From sequence record SRR22947725_499: DNA of 52,806 nt; one strand, written 5' to 3'. Positions 29,359 to 40,190 of this stretch are shown in pieces. The position numbers and the translations under genes are program-made. The notes under the pieces are model-generated. The model was not told the origin of the DNA. It searched no databases and was given only the letters and a program-made list of their open reading frames with translations. Within the stretch, counting starts at the first letter, position 1. Each line of letters starts with the position of its first letter.

Positions 29359-30954
29359 ATGCTAAAGAAGCTATTTGCCGTACTGTTGCTTTGTGTGCTT
29401 TTTGTGCAATGTGCGCGTCGTGGCTCACCCACAGGTGGACCTAAAGACGAAACGCCACCTGTTATGCTACGAGCAGAGCCCCCTCAGAAAACAGTATCCT
29501 TTAAAAAGGATCAAATTCGAATCTATTTTGATGAGTATATAAAACTAAAGAAGCTAAACGATCAGCTGGTTATCTCCCCGCCGCTTGAGCAAAGCGCCTA
29601 TCTTATTTCGCCACAAAGTTTGGCGGCTAAATACCTTCAAATTGAATTCTTGGATTCTTTGGCCCCAAATACAACCTATACCTTCAATTTTGGAGAAAGT
29701 ATTGAAGATAATAACGAAGGAAATCCTTTCTCATTTTTTAGCTATGTGTTTTCTACTGGAGAAGCCATAGACTCTCTTTCTCTCCGAACATCTATTTCGG
29801 ATGCTTTATCACGAACTCCAGAGTCTTTTATCTCAGTGATGCTTTATCCAGTAGATAGCACCTTTTCCGATTCAATTATCTATAAGGATAAGCCACTTTA
29901 TTACACCAATACACTTGATAGCTTAACTGAAGTCACCCTTCCTAATCTTAAAGCTGGAAAATACCTGCTGGTTGCTCAAAAAGATGCTGCAAAAAACTAT
30001 CTGTTTAATCCATCTGTAGATAAAATTGATGTTGCCCAGAATATCATAACACTGCCTAACGATAGCCTATTTCAATTATCTCTCTTTAAAGAAACCCCTG
30101 CTTTTGCTTTTGGAAAAGCTTACCAAGCTGGGAAACAACGCATTGGCTTTGGCTTTACGGGAAGCGATGCTATTGATATTGAACTCAATGAAACAGTGAG
30201 CGATAGTTTCGCATCGATCATAACTCGAGATAGTGAAAAAGACACGCTGTATTATTGGTTTAAAGGGATTACAGCTGACTCACTTCGTTTTACACTAAGA
30301 CATAATACGCTCGAACAATCTTATGCCTATAGAGTGCGCAAGGCCGAACCTGACTCCCTCAAAATATCTTTTGCTCCAATGGGGATTTTACACCTAATGG
30401 ATACACTAAAACTTATTACAAACACCCCCATTCAAAAGATCGTACAAGATTCTATGCGCTTACGCACTAAAGACTCTACTCTTGTGCCATTTAAGATTTC
30501 GCAACGCGGTAAACACGAGTTACAACTCATCTTTGACCTTTTCCCCAAAGAAAAATACCTACTTGAAATGTTGCCCGGAGCCATTACTGACTTTTTTGAA
30601 ACACCTAATGACAGCGTATTAATTTCACTAAGCACAAAAAGTCGCGTTGATTATGGAAACCTATCATTACGTTTAGGTAATGCCCCTACACTTCCGCTTT
30701 TTATAGATTTATTAAATGAAAAAGAGGAAATTGTCCGTTCCATATACAGTATCGAACCAAAAGGACTTTACCGCTTTGAATATATTCTACCCAACAAATA
30801 CTACATACGGGTACGCATTGATGAAAATAAAAATGGAAAATGGGACACTGGAGACTACCTGAAAAAACAAAAACCTGAAGCCGTTTATCATTTTGATCCG
30901 TTATTGGATGTACGTGCCAATTGGGAATTACAAGAGCAGTTTATCCTAAAATAA
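29359..30954 (+). CDS. Ig-like-domain lipoprotein
   Basis: Lipobox-like FVQC then ARRGSPTGGPKDETPP; FDEYIKL; IEDNNEGN; VRANWE. Confidence 0.8.
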   Translation: MLKKLFAVLLLCVLFVQCARRGSPTGGPKDETPPVMLRAEPPQKTVSFKKDQIRIYFDEYIKLKKLNDQLVISPPLEQSAYLISPQSLAAKYLQIEFLDSLAPNTTYTFNFGESIEDNNEGNPFSFFSYVFSTGEAIDSLSLRTSISDALSRTPESFISVMLYPVDSTFSDSIIYKDKPLYYTNTLDSLTEVTLPNLKAGKYLLVAQKDAAKNYLFNPSVDKIDVAQNIITLPNDSLFQLSLFKETPAFAFGKAYQAGKQRIGFGFTGSDAIDIELNETVSDSFASIITRDSEKDTLYYWFKGITADSLRFTLRHNTLEQSYAYRVRKAEPDSLKISFAPMGILHLMDTLKLITNTPIQKIVQDSMRLRTKDSTLVPFKISQRGKHELQLIFDLFPKEKYLLEMLPGAITDFFETPNDSVLISLSTKSRVDYGNLSLRLGNAPTLPLFIDLLNEKEEIVRSIYSIEPKGLYRFEYILPNKYYIRVRIDENKNGKWDTGDYLKKQKPEAVYHFDPLLDVRANWELQEQFILK

Positions 30955-31714
30955 AGGCATCACGATCGTTTAAAAAAGGAAGCTTTTCTCGAACGGTATG
31001 CAGTTCCTTTAAATCAATCGAAACCAAAGCTATTTCTGTTTCAGTATCTAAAAAAGTCAATTCGTCTCCTAGGGCATTATAGGCCGCCGATGCTCCTGAA
31101 TAATTTAAACGGTATGCATCCTTTCCAGTTCGATTTACACCAATACAATACGCCATATTTTCAATAGCTCGAGCGCGTAAAAGTGCATTCCATGCTTGAG
31201 TGCGTGGAGCTGGCCAATTCGCTACGCAAAGTAACAAATCGTAATTGTCGGTGTTTCGAGCAAAAACAGGGAAGCGCAAATCATAACACACCAATGGACG
31301 GATGCGGAAGCCTGCATATTCAATTAACATACTTTCCTTTCCTGCTTTATATACCTTCGATTCCCCCGATGGGGTATATGGATGTACTTTGTCGTATGTA
31401 TTTAACGTTCCATTTGGATGGGCAAAAATAAAACGGTTAAAAAAAGAATCTCCTTCTTTAATAGCAAGGCTCCCGCAGACCGCTGTGTTATAGGTTTTAG
31501 CCGTATGCTGCATCCATTGTACTGATGCCCCGTCCATGGACTCGGCAACTTCTTGAGGCGTCATACTAAAGCCTGTGGCCCACATTTCAGGTAATACAAT
31601 TAAGTTGATTTCTTTCGTAAGAGATGCTATAGATTGGGAAAACTGCGCTTGGTTTGCTTTGGGGTTGTGCCAAATAAGATCGGATTGTAATAAGGCGATA
31701 TGCAGAAGTTTCAT
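30941..31714 (-). CDS. Nitrilase-family omega-amidase (YafV-like)
   Basis: E-K-C triad: VLPEMW, YDKVH, VCYDLRFP; ARAIEN. Confidence 0.9.
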   Translation of the reverse strand: MKLLHIALLQSDLIWHNPKANQAQFSQSIASLTKEINLIVLPEMWATGFSMTPQEVAESMDGASVQWMQHTAKTYNTAVCGSLAIKEGDSFFNRFIFAHPNGTLNTYDKVHPYTPSGESKVYKAGKESMLIEYAGFRIRPLVCYDLRFPVFARNTDNYDLLLCVANWPAPRTQAWNALLRARAIENMAYCIGVNRTGKDAYRLNYSGASAAYNALGDELTFLDTETEIALVSIDLKELHTVREKLPFLNDRDAFILG

Positions 31715-31763
31715 GTGTTAAATATAGTTTTTTGTACTTTTAATTTCCCTAAATCAAATATTC

Positions 31764-32192
31764 ATGAAATCCCTAAGTCTTTACCTCAACTTTGATGGCA
31801 ACTGTAAAGAAGCCTTTACTTACTATGCACAGATACTTAAAACAGCTGTTTCTGAAGCCATGACCTATGCAGAAGCACCTCCCAATTCTGGAATGCCTGA
31901 CGTAGGGGAAGCTTATCAAGACCTTATGATGCATTGTTCCATTTCCATAAACGAAAAGGTAGCACTTATGGGAAGTGATGTGGCGGGTGAATTTTGTCAA
32001 CAATTTAAGCCTGGAAACAACTATTCCATATCACTAGACGTTGAAAACAAGAAGGAAGCCGATCGGATATTTGCTGGCATGTCTGAAGATGGACAAGCCG
32101 TTATGCCGCTTTCAAAAACCTTTTGGGGTTGCTATTGGGGCATGTGTGTCGATAAATTTGGCATTCAGTGGATGATTAGCGCTCCGCTCTAA
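31764..32192 (+). CDS. VOC/PhnB-family protein
   Basis: [24 protein letters not shown]. Confidence 0.9.
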   Translation: MKSLSLYLNFDGNCKEAFTYYAQILKTAVSEAMTYAEAPPNSGMPDVGEAYQDLMMHCSISINEKVALMGSDVAGEFCQQFKPGNNYSISLDVENKKEADRIFAGMSEDGQAVMPLSKTFWGCYWGMCVDKFGIQWMISAPL

Positions 32193-32935
32193 CCCTTAAC
32201 GTTTGCCGCTAAAAATTCACGGTTCATCCGAGCGATATTTTCGAGTGAAATACCTTTAGGACATTCTACTTCGCATGCTCCAGTGTTGGTACAATTACCA
32301 AAGCCCTCTTCGTCCATTTGCTTTACCATGTTTAGCACACGGTCGGTAGCTTCTACTTGGCCTTGAGGCAGTAACGCATACTGTGACACTTTTGCAGAAA
32401 CAAACAACATTGCTGAAGCATTTTTACAAGTTGCCACACAAGCGCCACACCCAATACAAGCTGCTGCGTCAAATGCCTTGTCGGCATCTGCCTTTTCGAT
32501 TGGAATTGCATTAGCATCTTGGGTATTCCCCGAGGTGTTTACTGAGACAAATCCTCCTGCATGCTGGATGCGATCGAAAGCCGTACGGTCTACCACCAAA
32601 TCTTTGATTACAGGAAATGGTTGGGCACGAAATGGCTCAATATGAATGGTATCCCCATCTTTAAACTTACGCATGTGCAATTGACAGGTAGTAACCAAAC
32701 GGTCTGGGCCGTGGGCTTCACCATTAATAAACATAGAGCATGCGCCACAAATTCCTTCACGACAATCGTGATCAAAGGCAACAGGGTCTATTCCTTGTTC
32801 CATAAGTTGTTCATTTAGCACATCCATCATTTCCAAAAACGACATATCGGGCGAAACGCCGTCAAGGGAATAGGTATGCATGCTTCCTTTTGCGTTGGCG
32901 TTTTCTTGACGCCAGATTTTTAGTGTCAGTTTCAT
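32189..32935 (-). CDS. sdhB: Succinate dehydrogenase/fumarate reductase Fe-S subunit
   Basis: [29 protein letters not shown]. Confidence 0.95.
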   Translation of the reverse strand: MKLTLKIWRQENANAKGSMHTYSLDGVSPDMSFLEMMDVLNEQLMEQGIDPVAFDHDCREGICGACSMFINGEAHGPDRLVTTCQLHMRKFKDGDTIHIEPFRAQPFPVIKDLVVDRTAFDRIQHAGGFVSVNTSGNTQDANAIPIEKADADKAFDAAACIGCGACVATCKNASAMLFVSAKVSQYALLPQGQVEATDRVLNMVKQMDEEGFGNCTNTGACEVECPKGISLENIARMNREFLAANVKG

Positions 32936-32937
32936 CG

Positions 32938-34941
32938 CTATTTGTATGATCGGGTTTTTAATTCAATATTCTCGTAATTCAGTGCTTCTTTATGCAGTTT
33001 TGCTTCGCTAGGTGTACCTTTATATTCCCAAGCCGAAACAAAGGTAAAGTTGGCATCGTCGCGTAAGGCCTCTCCTTCTGGGCTTCGTGATTCTTCTCGG
33101 AAATGACCTCCACAAGATTCGTTACGCTCCAAAGCATCTTTGGCAAACAACTCACCCAATTCTAAAAAATCGGCAACACGCAAGGCTTTTGCCAATGGCT
33201 CGTTGAAAGACTCGGATGTTCCAGGAACAAATACCTCTTTATAAAATTCTTCACGAAGTGCCTTAACTTCTTCTATAGCTTCGTTTAGCTCTTTTTCATT
33301 GCGGGACATTCCACATTTATTCCAAATAATTTTTCCCAATTTACGGTGAAAATAGTCTACAGTTTTAGACCCTTTATTAGTCATTAAGGCTTCAATTTGT
33401 GTGCGTACACCCTGTTCGGCTTCTTCAAATTCGGGAGTATCCGTAGCTATAGGGCCTGTACGAATATCATCTGCCAAGTAATCACCAATAGTATATGGCA
33501 ATACAAAATAGCCATCTGCCAAACCTTGCATTAGAGCAGAAGCTCCCAATCTATTAGCGCCGTGATCTGAGAAATTTGCCTCACCAATGGCAAAACAACC
33601 TGGAACAGTTGTCATTAAATTATAATCCACCCAAACGCCACCCATGGTGTAATGCACCGCAGGATAAATCATCATAGGAGTTTCGTAAGGGTTTTGATCT
33701 ACGATCTTTTCATACATCTGGAACAAGTTGCCATACTTGGATTTAATCACTTCCTTCCCTAGTTTTTGCACAAGTGCTAAATCGTCTTCGTTCAATCCTT
33801 TTACATGAGCCTTTTCTTTTCCATAACGCACAATAGCATCTGCAAAATCTAAATAAACTGCTTCGCCTGTTTTATTAACGCCATAGCCTTCATCGCAGCG
33901 CTCTTTAGCTGCACGAGAAGCCACATCACGAGGCACAAGATTACCAAAAGCTGGATAGCGTCGCTCTAAGTAGTAATCGCGATCGTCTTCTGCAAGATCG
34001 GTCGGCTTGAGTTTTCCATCTCGGATTGCAACGGCATCTTCTTTCTTTTTGGGAACCCAAATCCTGCCGTCATTCCGCAGCGACTCTGACATCAATGTTA
34101 GCTTCGATTGATGATCACCAGAAACAGGAATACAAGTTGGGTGGATTTGTGTAAAGCATGGGTTGGCAAAATATGCTCCCTTTTTATGAATCTTCCAAGA
34201 AGCCGACACATTGCTACCCATAGCATTGGTAGAAAGGTAAAACAAGTTACCGTATCCACCAGAAGCAATCACTACGGCGTGTGCCGCATGACGTTCAATT
34301 TCACCCGTAATTAAATTACGTGTGATGATACCCCGTGCTTTACCGTCTACTTTTACCAAATCTAGCATTTCGTGACGGTTGTACATTTTAATTTTCCCTC
34401 GGCCAATCTGGCGATTCATTGCTGAATAGGCACCAAGTAGTAATTGCTGCCCCGTTTGTCCTTTGGCATAAAAGGTTCGTGATACGAGCACGCCTCCAAA
34501 CGAGCGATTGTCAAGTAGCCCTCCGTAATCACGTGCAAAAGGAACTCCCTGTGCAACACACTGGTCAATAATATTGGTAGACACCTCGGCTAATCGGTAA
34601 ACATTGGCCTCTCTAGAACGGTAATCTCCACCTTTTACTGTATCGTAAAACAAGCGGTAGGTGGAGTCGCCATCACCTTGATAATTTTTTGCAGCATTGA
34701 TTCCTCCTTGAGCAGCAATGGAGTGTGCTCTTCGGGGAGAGTCTTGAAAACAAAACGCCTTTACATTATAACCCAACTCAGCGAGTGTGGCTGCGGCAGA
34801 ACCTCCTGCCAAACCAGTCCCTACGACAATAACGTCTATTTGACGCTTGTTGGCGGGGCTTACCAAACGGATATTATTTTTGTGATTAGTCCACTTTTCG
34901 GCTATTGGACCTTCGGGGATATTAGCGTCTAATTTGGCCAT
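32938..34941 (-). CDS. sdhA: Succinate dehydrogenase/fumarate reductase flavoprotein
   Basis: [31 protein letters not shown]. Confidence 0.96.
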   Translation of the reverse strand: MAKLDANIPEGPIAEKWTNHKNNIRLVSPANKRQIDVIVVGTGLAGGSAAATLAELGYNVKAFCFQDSPRRAHSIAAQGGINAAKNYQGDGDSTYRLFYDTVKGGDYRSREANVYRLAEVSTNIIDQCVAQGVPFARDYGGLLDNRSFGGVLVSRTFYAKGQTGQQLLLGAYSAMNRQIGRGKIKMYNRHEMLDLVKVDGKARGIITRNLITGEIERHAAHAVVIASGGYGNLFYLSTNAMGSNVSASWKIHKKGAYFANPCFTQIHPTCIPVSGDHQSKLTLMSESLRNDGRIWVPKKKEDAVAIRDGKLKPTDLAEDDRDYYLERRYPAFGNLVPRDVASRAAKERCDEGYGVNKTGEAVYLDFADAIVRYGKEKAHVKGLNEDDLALVQKLGKEVIKSKYGNLFQMYEKIVDQNPYETPMMIYPAVHYTMGGVWVDYNLMTTVPGCFAIGEANFSDHGANRLGASALMQGLADGYFVLPYTIGDYLADDIRTGPIATDTPEFEEAEQGVRTQIEALMTNKGSKTVDYFHRKLGKIIWNKCGMSRNEKELNEAIEEVKALREEFYKEVFVPGTSESFNEPLAKALRVADFLELGELFAKDALERNESCGGHFREESRSPEGEALRDDANFTFVSAWEYKGTPSEAKLHKEALNYENIELKTRSYK

Positions 34942-34942
34942 G

Positions 34943-35602
34943 TTAGTGATTTAAAAAATGAAAAAAAGCGATAAAGGCAAACCCTACAGGAACTCCTATG
35001 GCGTATAGTTTTCCAAGAGTTTTGACAACTGATGTGTATTTGTTATTGAACCCCATAGATTGAAAGGCTGATGAAAAGCCGTGCGATAAGTGCAGCGACA
35101 AAAAGAAAAAAGAAATAACATAAATAATTACACGAATAAGGTCATCGAATTTATGTACCAGCTCCTCATAGTAACGATTCGGGTCTTCGGGAAGGACTTC
35201 AATGTATTTATAATTTATTTCTGGTACCCAAAAATCGTAAAAGTGAAGGCCCAAAAAAGCAAGAATTGTAGCGCCCGAAATAAGCATATTTCTCGAAACC
35301 CAGCTGGCGTTGGCATTTCCTTTATACACTGCGTACTTAGTGCCTCGAGCACGTTTGTTTTGCCAGTCAAGCACAAAACCCATTACAAAATGGAAAATAA
35401 CGCCACCTATAAGTATGGGCTGAAGCAAAAATTGCACAAGTGGGTTGTTTCCCATAAAATGGGAAATTTGATTAAACGTAGTTTCACTGAACACCGAGGT
35501 AACATTGATTACAAAGTGTTGCAGCAAGAAAACCATCAAAAAGATGCCAGACAGTGCCATGGCTACTTTCCGTAGGATCGTTGAGGATAAGGCAATACTC
35601 AT
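34943..35602 (-). CDS. sdhC: Succinate dehydrogenase cytochrome b subunit
   Basis: Five TM helices with His ligands; operon position. Confidence 0.92.
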   Translation of the reverse strand: MSIALSSTILRKVAMALSGIFLMVFLLQHFVINVTSVFSETTFNQISHFMGNNPLVQFLLQPILIGGVIFHFVMGFVLDWQNKRARGTKYAVYKGNANASWVSRNMLISGATILAFLGLHFYDFWVPEINYKYIEVLPEDPNRYYEELVHKFDDLIRVIIYVISFFFLSLHLSHGFSSAFQSMGFNNKYTSVVKTLGKLYAIGVPVGFAFIAFFHFLNH

Positions 35603-35625
35603 GCGGATTGGTTTTTAGTATACTG

Positions 35626-35657
35626 CAAAATTAGGTGCTGAACGCCTGAACACCAAA
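35626..35657 (-). promoter_or_regulatory. sdhCAB promoter
   Basis: Minus-strand TTTG (35654-57), 20-bp spacer, TAATTTTG (35626-33). Confidence 0.75.
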
Positions 35658-35669
35658 GGTTTTCAGCTA

Positions 35670-35686
35670 TTTAGGATAATTCTAAC
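35670..35686. promoter_or_regulatory. Palindromic operator-like site (Fur-like) upstream of sdhC
   Basis: TTAGGAT-A-ATTCTAA near-palindrome; resembles the suf site at 39828-39844. Confidence 0.5.
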
Positions 35687-35774
35687 AACTGCGCTTTCTT
35701 ATGTTCAATAAAAACTACAACATACTGTAAAAGGACAAAGCAAAACAAAAGGTTTTATTTCGTTATTTTTAACC

Positions 35775-37058
35775 ATGAAATATTCCCAACTCCCTGCACA
35801 GGTGTTTTGTGATAACCGCAAGCGTTTTGCGCAACGTCTTAAACCCAACAGCATTGCAGTGTTTAACTCCAACGACATCTACCCCATTAGTGCCGATAGT
35901 ACGCTGCCCTTTGAACAGCATCGTGATATTTTTTACTTAAGTGGGATTGATCAAGAGGAAACAATTATAGTACTGTACCCAGATGCTAAAAATCCGGCGC
36001 ATCGCGAGATGGTTTTCGTACGCGAAACCAACGCACATATTGCTATTTGGGAAGGACATAAGCTCACACAAAAAGAGGCTACTAAAGTTTCAGGAATTGA
36101 TACGGTTTTGTGGACTTCGACCTTTGAGGAAACCTTTTCGCAATTAGCAAAAGAAGCAACGCATGTGTATATCAATACCAACGAACACTACCGTGCTAAG
36201 GTAGAAACACAAACACGGGAAGATCGGTTTATTGAATGGTGCAAAGCAGAGTTCCCAAAACACAATTACCAGAAAAGTAATCCCATTTTGCAACAATTAC
36301 GATCAGTAAAAGCTGATGAAGAAATTAAACAGATTAGCCGTGCCTGTGCCATCACGGAAAAAGGATTTCGGCGGGTATTGGAATTTGTACAACCTGGCGT
36401 TTGGGAGTACGAAATTGAGGCAGAATTTGCCCATGAGTTTTTACGTAACCGCTCGAAAGGGTTTGCTTACACACCCATCATCGCATCGGGGAATAACAGC
36501 AACGTGCTGCACTACATTGAAAACAACAAACAGTGTCAGGCAGGGGCATTGATTCTCATAGATGTTGGTGCTGAATACGGGAATTATTCTTCGGACATGA
36601 CCCGTACCATTCCTGTTTCAGGTAGATTTACAAAACGACAGCGTGCTGTTTACGATGCTGTTTTACATGTTAAAAATAGCGCTACACAACTGCTTGTCCC
36701 TGGTGTTCTATGGAAAGCATATCATGTTGAAGTAGGCAAGCTAATGAGTAGTGCGCTTGTAGACTTAAAACTTTTGAGTAAAAAGGATATTGCTGAAAAT
36801 CCCAATGCGTATAAAAAATACTTTATGCATGGAACCTCCCATCATTTGGGACTAGATACTCACGACTACGGACTGTTGGATGAGCCTATGCAAGCCAATA
36901 TGGTATTTACCGTTGAGCCGGGGATTTATATTCCTGACGAAGGTTTTGGTATTCGTTTAGAAGATGATGTGGTCGTACAGGCTTCGGGTGCGCCCAAAAA
37001 CCTTATGGCCAATATCCCTCTTGATCCCGATGAGATTGAGGATTTAATGCAGGCTTAA
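35775..37058 (+). CDS. Xaa-Pro aminopeptidase (M24B)
   Basis: VLHY, IDVGAE..SSDMTRT, HHLGLDTHD, TVEPGIY, GIRLEDD. Confidence 0.92.
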   Translation: MKYSQLPAQVFCDNRKRFAQRLKPNSIAVFNSNDIYPISADSTLPFEQHRDIFYLSGIDQEETIIVLYPDAKNPAHREMVFVRETNAHIAIWEGHKLTQKEATKVSGIDTVLWTSTFEETFSQLAKEATHVYINTNEHYRAKVETQTREDRFIEWCKAEFPKHNYQKSNPILQQLRSVKADEEIKQISRACAITEKGFRRVLEFVQPGVWEYEIEAEFAHEFLRNRSKGFAYTPIIASGNNSNVLHYIENNKQCQAGALILIDVGAEYGNYSSDMTRTIPVSGRFTKRQRAVYDAVLHVKNSATQLLVPGVLWKAYHVEVGKLMSSALVDLKLLSKKDIAENPNAYKKYFMHGTSHHLGLDTHDYGLLDEPMQANMVFTVEPGIYIPDEGFGIRLEDDVVVQASGAPKNLMANIPLDPDEIEDLMQA

Positions 37059-38092
37059 AATGCCTTCCAGCCTTGTGCTTTGAGAGGAATGACTTCATCC
37101 CCTCGAGTAACTAAATTGGTGCCCTGATCTTTTGAAGTCATATGACCAATAATACTCAAATTGGGATTCCCCTTTATTTTATCAAAATCCTCTTGTTTGA
37201 CGGTAAATAAAAGCTCGTAGTCCTCACCACCACTAAGGGCAATGGTTGTACTATCGATATTAAATTCCTCACATACCGATATAAACTGCGGATCCAAAGG
37301 AAGTTTGTCTTCATAAACCCTACAGCCTACCTCACTTTTTTGACATAAGTGCATCACTTCAGAAGACAACCCATCGCTAATGTCTATCATTGCTGTGGGT
37401 GTAACTTCAAGAGCTTCAAGAAGGCTTACGATATCTTTTCGGGCTTCGGGTTTTAGTTGGCGTTCAACCAAATAGCTATAAGGTTCTAGGTCTGGTTTGT
37501 GATTCGGGTTTACCTTAAAGACTTCATTTTCTCGTGCTAGAACCTGCAAGCCCATATAAGCTGCTCCGATATCACCTGAAACAACCAAAAGATCGTTATC
37601 GGAAGCACCACTTCGCAACACTGCACCAGTTTTGGGTGCTGTGCCCAAGGCTGTTACCGATAATTGAAGTCCTTGTTTGGATGATGTAGTATCCCCACCA
37701 ACCAAATCTATTCCATAGGTTTTACACGCCAAGTGTATGCCTGCATATAATTCCTCAACAGCCTCTAGCGAGAACCGGCTTGATACCGCTAAAGACACCA
37801 ATATTTGGGTAGCCTGAGCGCCCATGGCGTAAATATCTGAAAGGTTCACTACCACTGCCTTGTAGCCCAAATGCTTCAGGGGCATATAGCCCAAGTCAAA
37901 ATGAACACCCTCAATGAGCATGTCAGTGCTTACAACCGTTTCTCCATCGTGATTTATCACAGCTGCATCATCGCCAACGCCAAGAATTGTAGAAGGTAAG
38001 GCCGTTGTTGCTGTTTTTGTGAGGTGCTCTATTAAGGCAAATTCGCCCAGCGAATCAAGTGCTGTTTTAGAGGGGTTTTTCGGTTCTATCAT
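37055..38092 (-). CDS. thiL: Thiamine-monophosphate kinase
   Basis: GEFALI, GVGDDAA, VNLSDIYAMG, GGDT, DISDGL, GGEDYELL. Confidence 0.96.
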   Translation of the reverse strand: MIEPKNPSKTALDSLGEFALIEHLTKTATTALPSTILGVGDDAAVINHDGETVVSTDMLIEGVHFDLGYMPLKHLGYKAVVVNLSDIYAMGAQATQILVSLAVSSRFSLEAVEELYAGIHLACKTYGIDLVGGDTTSSKQGLQLSVTALGTAPKTGAVLRSGASDNDLLVVSGDIGAAYMGLQVLARENEVFKVNPNHKPDLEPYSYLVERQLKPEARKDIVSLLEALEVTPTAMIDISDGLSSEVMHLCQKSEVGCRVYEDKLPLDPQFISVCEEFNIDSTTIALSGGEDYELLFTVKQEDFDKIKGNPNLSIIGHMTSKDQGTNLVTRGDEVIPLKAQGWKAF

Positions 38093-38149
38093 GGCGCAAA
38101 ATTAGCCTATTTTGATGGGAATGTGTATGAAAATATTTAAATCTCATGT

Positions 38150-39493
38150 CTAGTCAACTACAGTAAAGTTGCGTTGTAGCTTATTCCCCAAATTATCAAT
38201 CAATGTTAATTTATGTGATCCAGGATTAACTTCCACAGCGATCTGATGGTTTTTTTCAGTTACTCCAACAAAAGATTGATCTAAGTGCCAAAAAATTTTG
38301 ATGTTGGGGGTTTGATGAGCTGCTTGAAACACCACAGTTCCGTAATTACCATCTTGACCTTTAGGAATTCGGATTTTTGCTTTTTTTTGTGGGTATAATA
38401 GCTGAATTTTTGCCACGGAAGCGCTGTTTTCACACCGATTGGTAAAGGGTGGTGCAGCTTCATAGTTTGGGTGATACTTTTTGTAATAATGCGATTGTAT
38501 GGGGCTTAACATAAAGTAGGTTTTTGAAACTGCATTAAAAAGATCATAACAATTACTGTTTACTTGATAGGTCTGCTCTACGTTTAATGTTACTGATTGA
38601 TGGTAGCTGCAATTTTTTGAGTTTATCATAAACTCATCCGTTAATAGTTTAAAAGATGTGTTTGGACAATTCTTTTTTGCAAGCATCCCAGAATCAATAC
38701 AAATACGCTCTGGGCTTCCCATTGGTGAGGGGTTAAGAATAGATTCTCCATCCAAAAAACTAAATAAATTAAACATTAAAGGGGCTGCTACGCGAGCACC
38801 TACGAGGTCTGGGCGCGGCTCACCATCCGCATTTCCTAACCAAACACCAACTACATATTTACTGTTAAGTCCAATTGCCCAAGCATCCTTATAGCCGTAG
38901 CTGGTTCCCGTTTTCCAAGCAATTTGTTTTTTGGAAAGAAATGATTCCCACCCTGATTCTTGCTCGGGGCGTGTTAATTGTTGCATAGCACTAAACGTTG
39001 CCTCAATGGCTGCAACGCTTAGTAAGCCTTGTTCTGCTAACACTTCAGTCTTTGGGGATGAAAGGGCTGGTTTTATATAGTTGTTTTTGTGGTAGTCCTG
39101 TTTTGAATACCCCAAATTCAAAGGGCTATCAAAATAGGCTTGATAGGATCTAGCAATACTTGCATACATGGATGATATTTCCCACAGTGTTGTTTCTGCA
39201 GTTCCCAAAATTAAGCTCAGCCCGTAGTGAGTAGGATAGTGATTAAGGTGTTTATACCCCATTTTTTTTAATAAGTAATAGAACTTTTCATAGCCGTAAG
39301 AAATAAGCAAATGAACAAAAGGTACATTTAGACTACTACTGAGTGCTTGGTCAATCGGCACAACGCCTCTAAATTCACGATCAAAGTTTTTGGGTATAAA
39401 TCCATTATAATACAATGGTATATCTTGAACTAGCTGTTGAGGTAGAGAAATACCGTCGTCTAAAACCGCAGCATACAAAAAGGGTTTTAGTGT
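38150..39493 (-). pseudogene. pbpC: 5'-truncated penicillin-binding protein 1C (partial transpeptidase plus C-terminal domain)
   Basis: TLKPFLYAA, PKNFD, SLNVP, KTGTSYGYKDAW and C-terminal FWHLD/GSHKLTLID present. No transglycosylase domain; SxxK Ser reads Ala; in-frame stop shortly upstream. Confidence 0.85.
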
Positions 39494-39623
39494 CGCAGCT
39501 GGTGCTTGTTGGTGCTGGAAGTGGTGTAGCAGCTGAAATGTTATTGTTCGCTGGAGGTGATTGCGCGTTTATTGATATCGAGAATATACCACAAACAAAA
39601 AAGGGAAGTAGATAAGGTTTCAT
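39494..39623 (-). pseudogene. N-terminal stub of a secreted protein joined out of frame to the pbpC remnant
   Basis: MKPYLLPFFVCGIFSISINA-QSPPANNNISAATPL: signal peptide plus mature N-terminus, then runs into pbpC DNA in another frame and stops at 39405. Confidence 0.6.
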
Positions 39624-39816
39624 AAAGTAGGTTTAAAGGCAGTTTAAATATACAAAATGCTAGCTTAGATAGCTTTATTAAATCGTGCATTTAATATGCT
39701 TAAATGGTTGTCGAAAAATTGGATGCATTTTAAGGGATAGAATACTTATCCTATAAAATGCTATAGCGCTACTTATAAAGCCTATAACATCACTATTCTA
39801 TCAACGGTAAATGCCT

Positions 39817-39844
39817 TATATTTGTACTTTGGAATTAATCCAAA
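39817..39844 (+). promoter_or_regulatory. suf operon -7 element with adjacent palindromic (Fur-like) operator
   Basis: TATATTTG 39817-24, then TTTGGAAT-T-AATCCAAA 39828-44. Confidence 0.6.
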
Positions 39845-39851
39845 TAAAGCA

Positions 39852-40181
39852 ATGATAAAAGTTTCTCCTCAAGCACGAGACCAAGTGGCGCAGATGATGC
39901 AAAACGACGGTGTAGACACAAACTCGCACTTTGTTCGCGTAGGCGTTAAAAGTGGCGGTTGTTCTGGGTTGTCGTATGAGCTTAAGTTTGATGCTAATCT
40001 CAACGAAAATGACAAGGTTTTTGAAGACAACAATGTGCGCATTGTCGTAGACAAAAAAAGTATTTTGTATCTTGTTGGAACCACCCTTGAATACTCTGGA
40101 GGTTTAAACGGTAAGGGGTTTGTATTTAACAACCCCAATGCCAACCGAACCTGTGGATGTGGAGAAAGTTTTTCGCTTTAA
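39852..40181 (+). CDS. sufA: A-type Fe-S carrier (IscA/SufA)
   Basis: GGCSGLSY, NPNANRTCGCGESF. Confidence 0.93.
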   Translation: MIKVSPQARDQVAQMMQNDGVDTNSHFVRVGVKSGGCSGLSYELKFDANLNENDKVFEDNNVRIVVDKKSILYLVGTTLEYSGGLNGKGFVFNNPNANRTCGCGESFSL

Positions 40182-40190
40182 AAACATGCT

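Noticed and set aside
35090-35575. 161-aa plus-strand ORF
   Set aside because: Entirely antisense to sdhC with no recognisable motif.
39415-39615. 66-aa ORF with a GAGSGV glycine pattern resembling a Rossmann motif
   Set aside because: Antisense to the pbpC remnant and stub, spans the junction, and is too short; likely chance.
39735-39751. GGATA-N7-TATCC palindrome
   Set aside because: Only 5-bp arms in AT-rich DNA; not distinguishable from chance.
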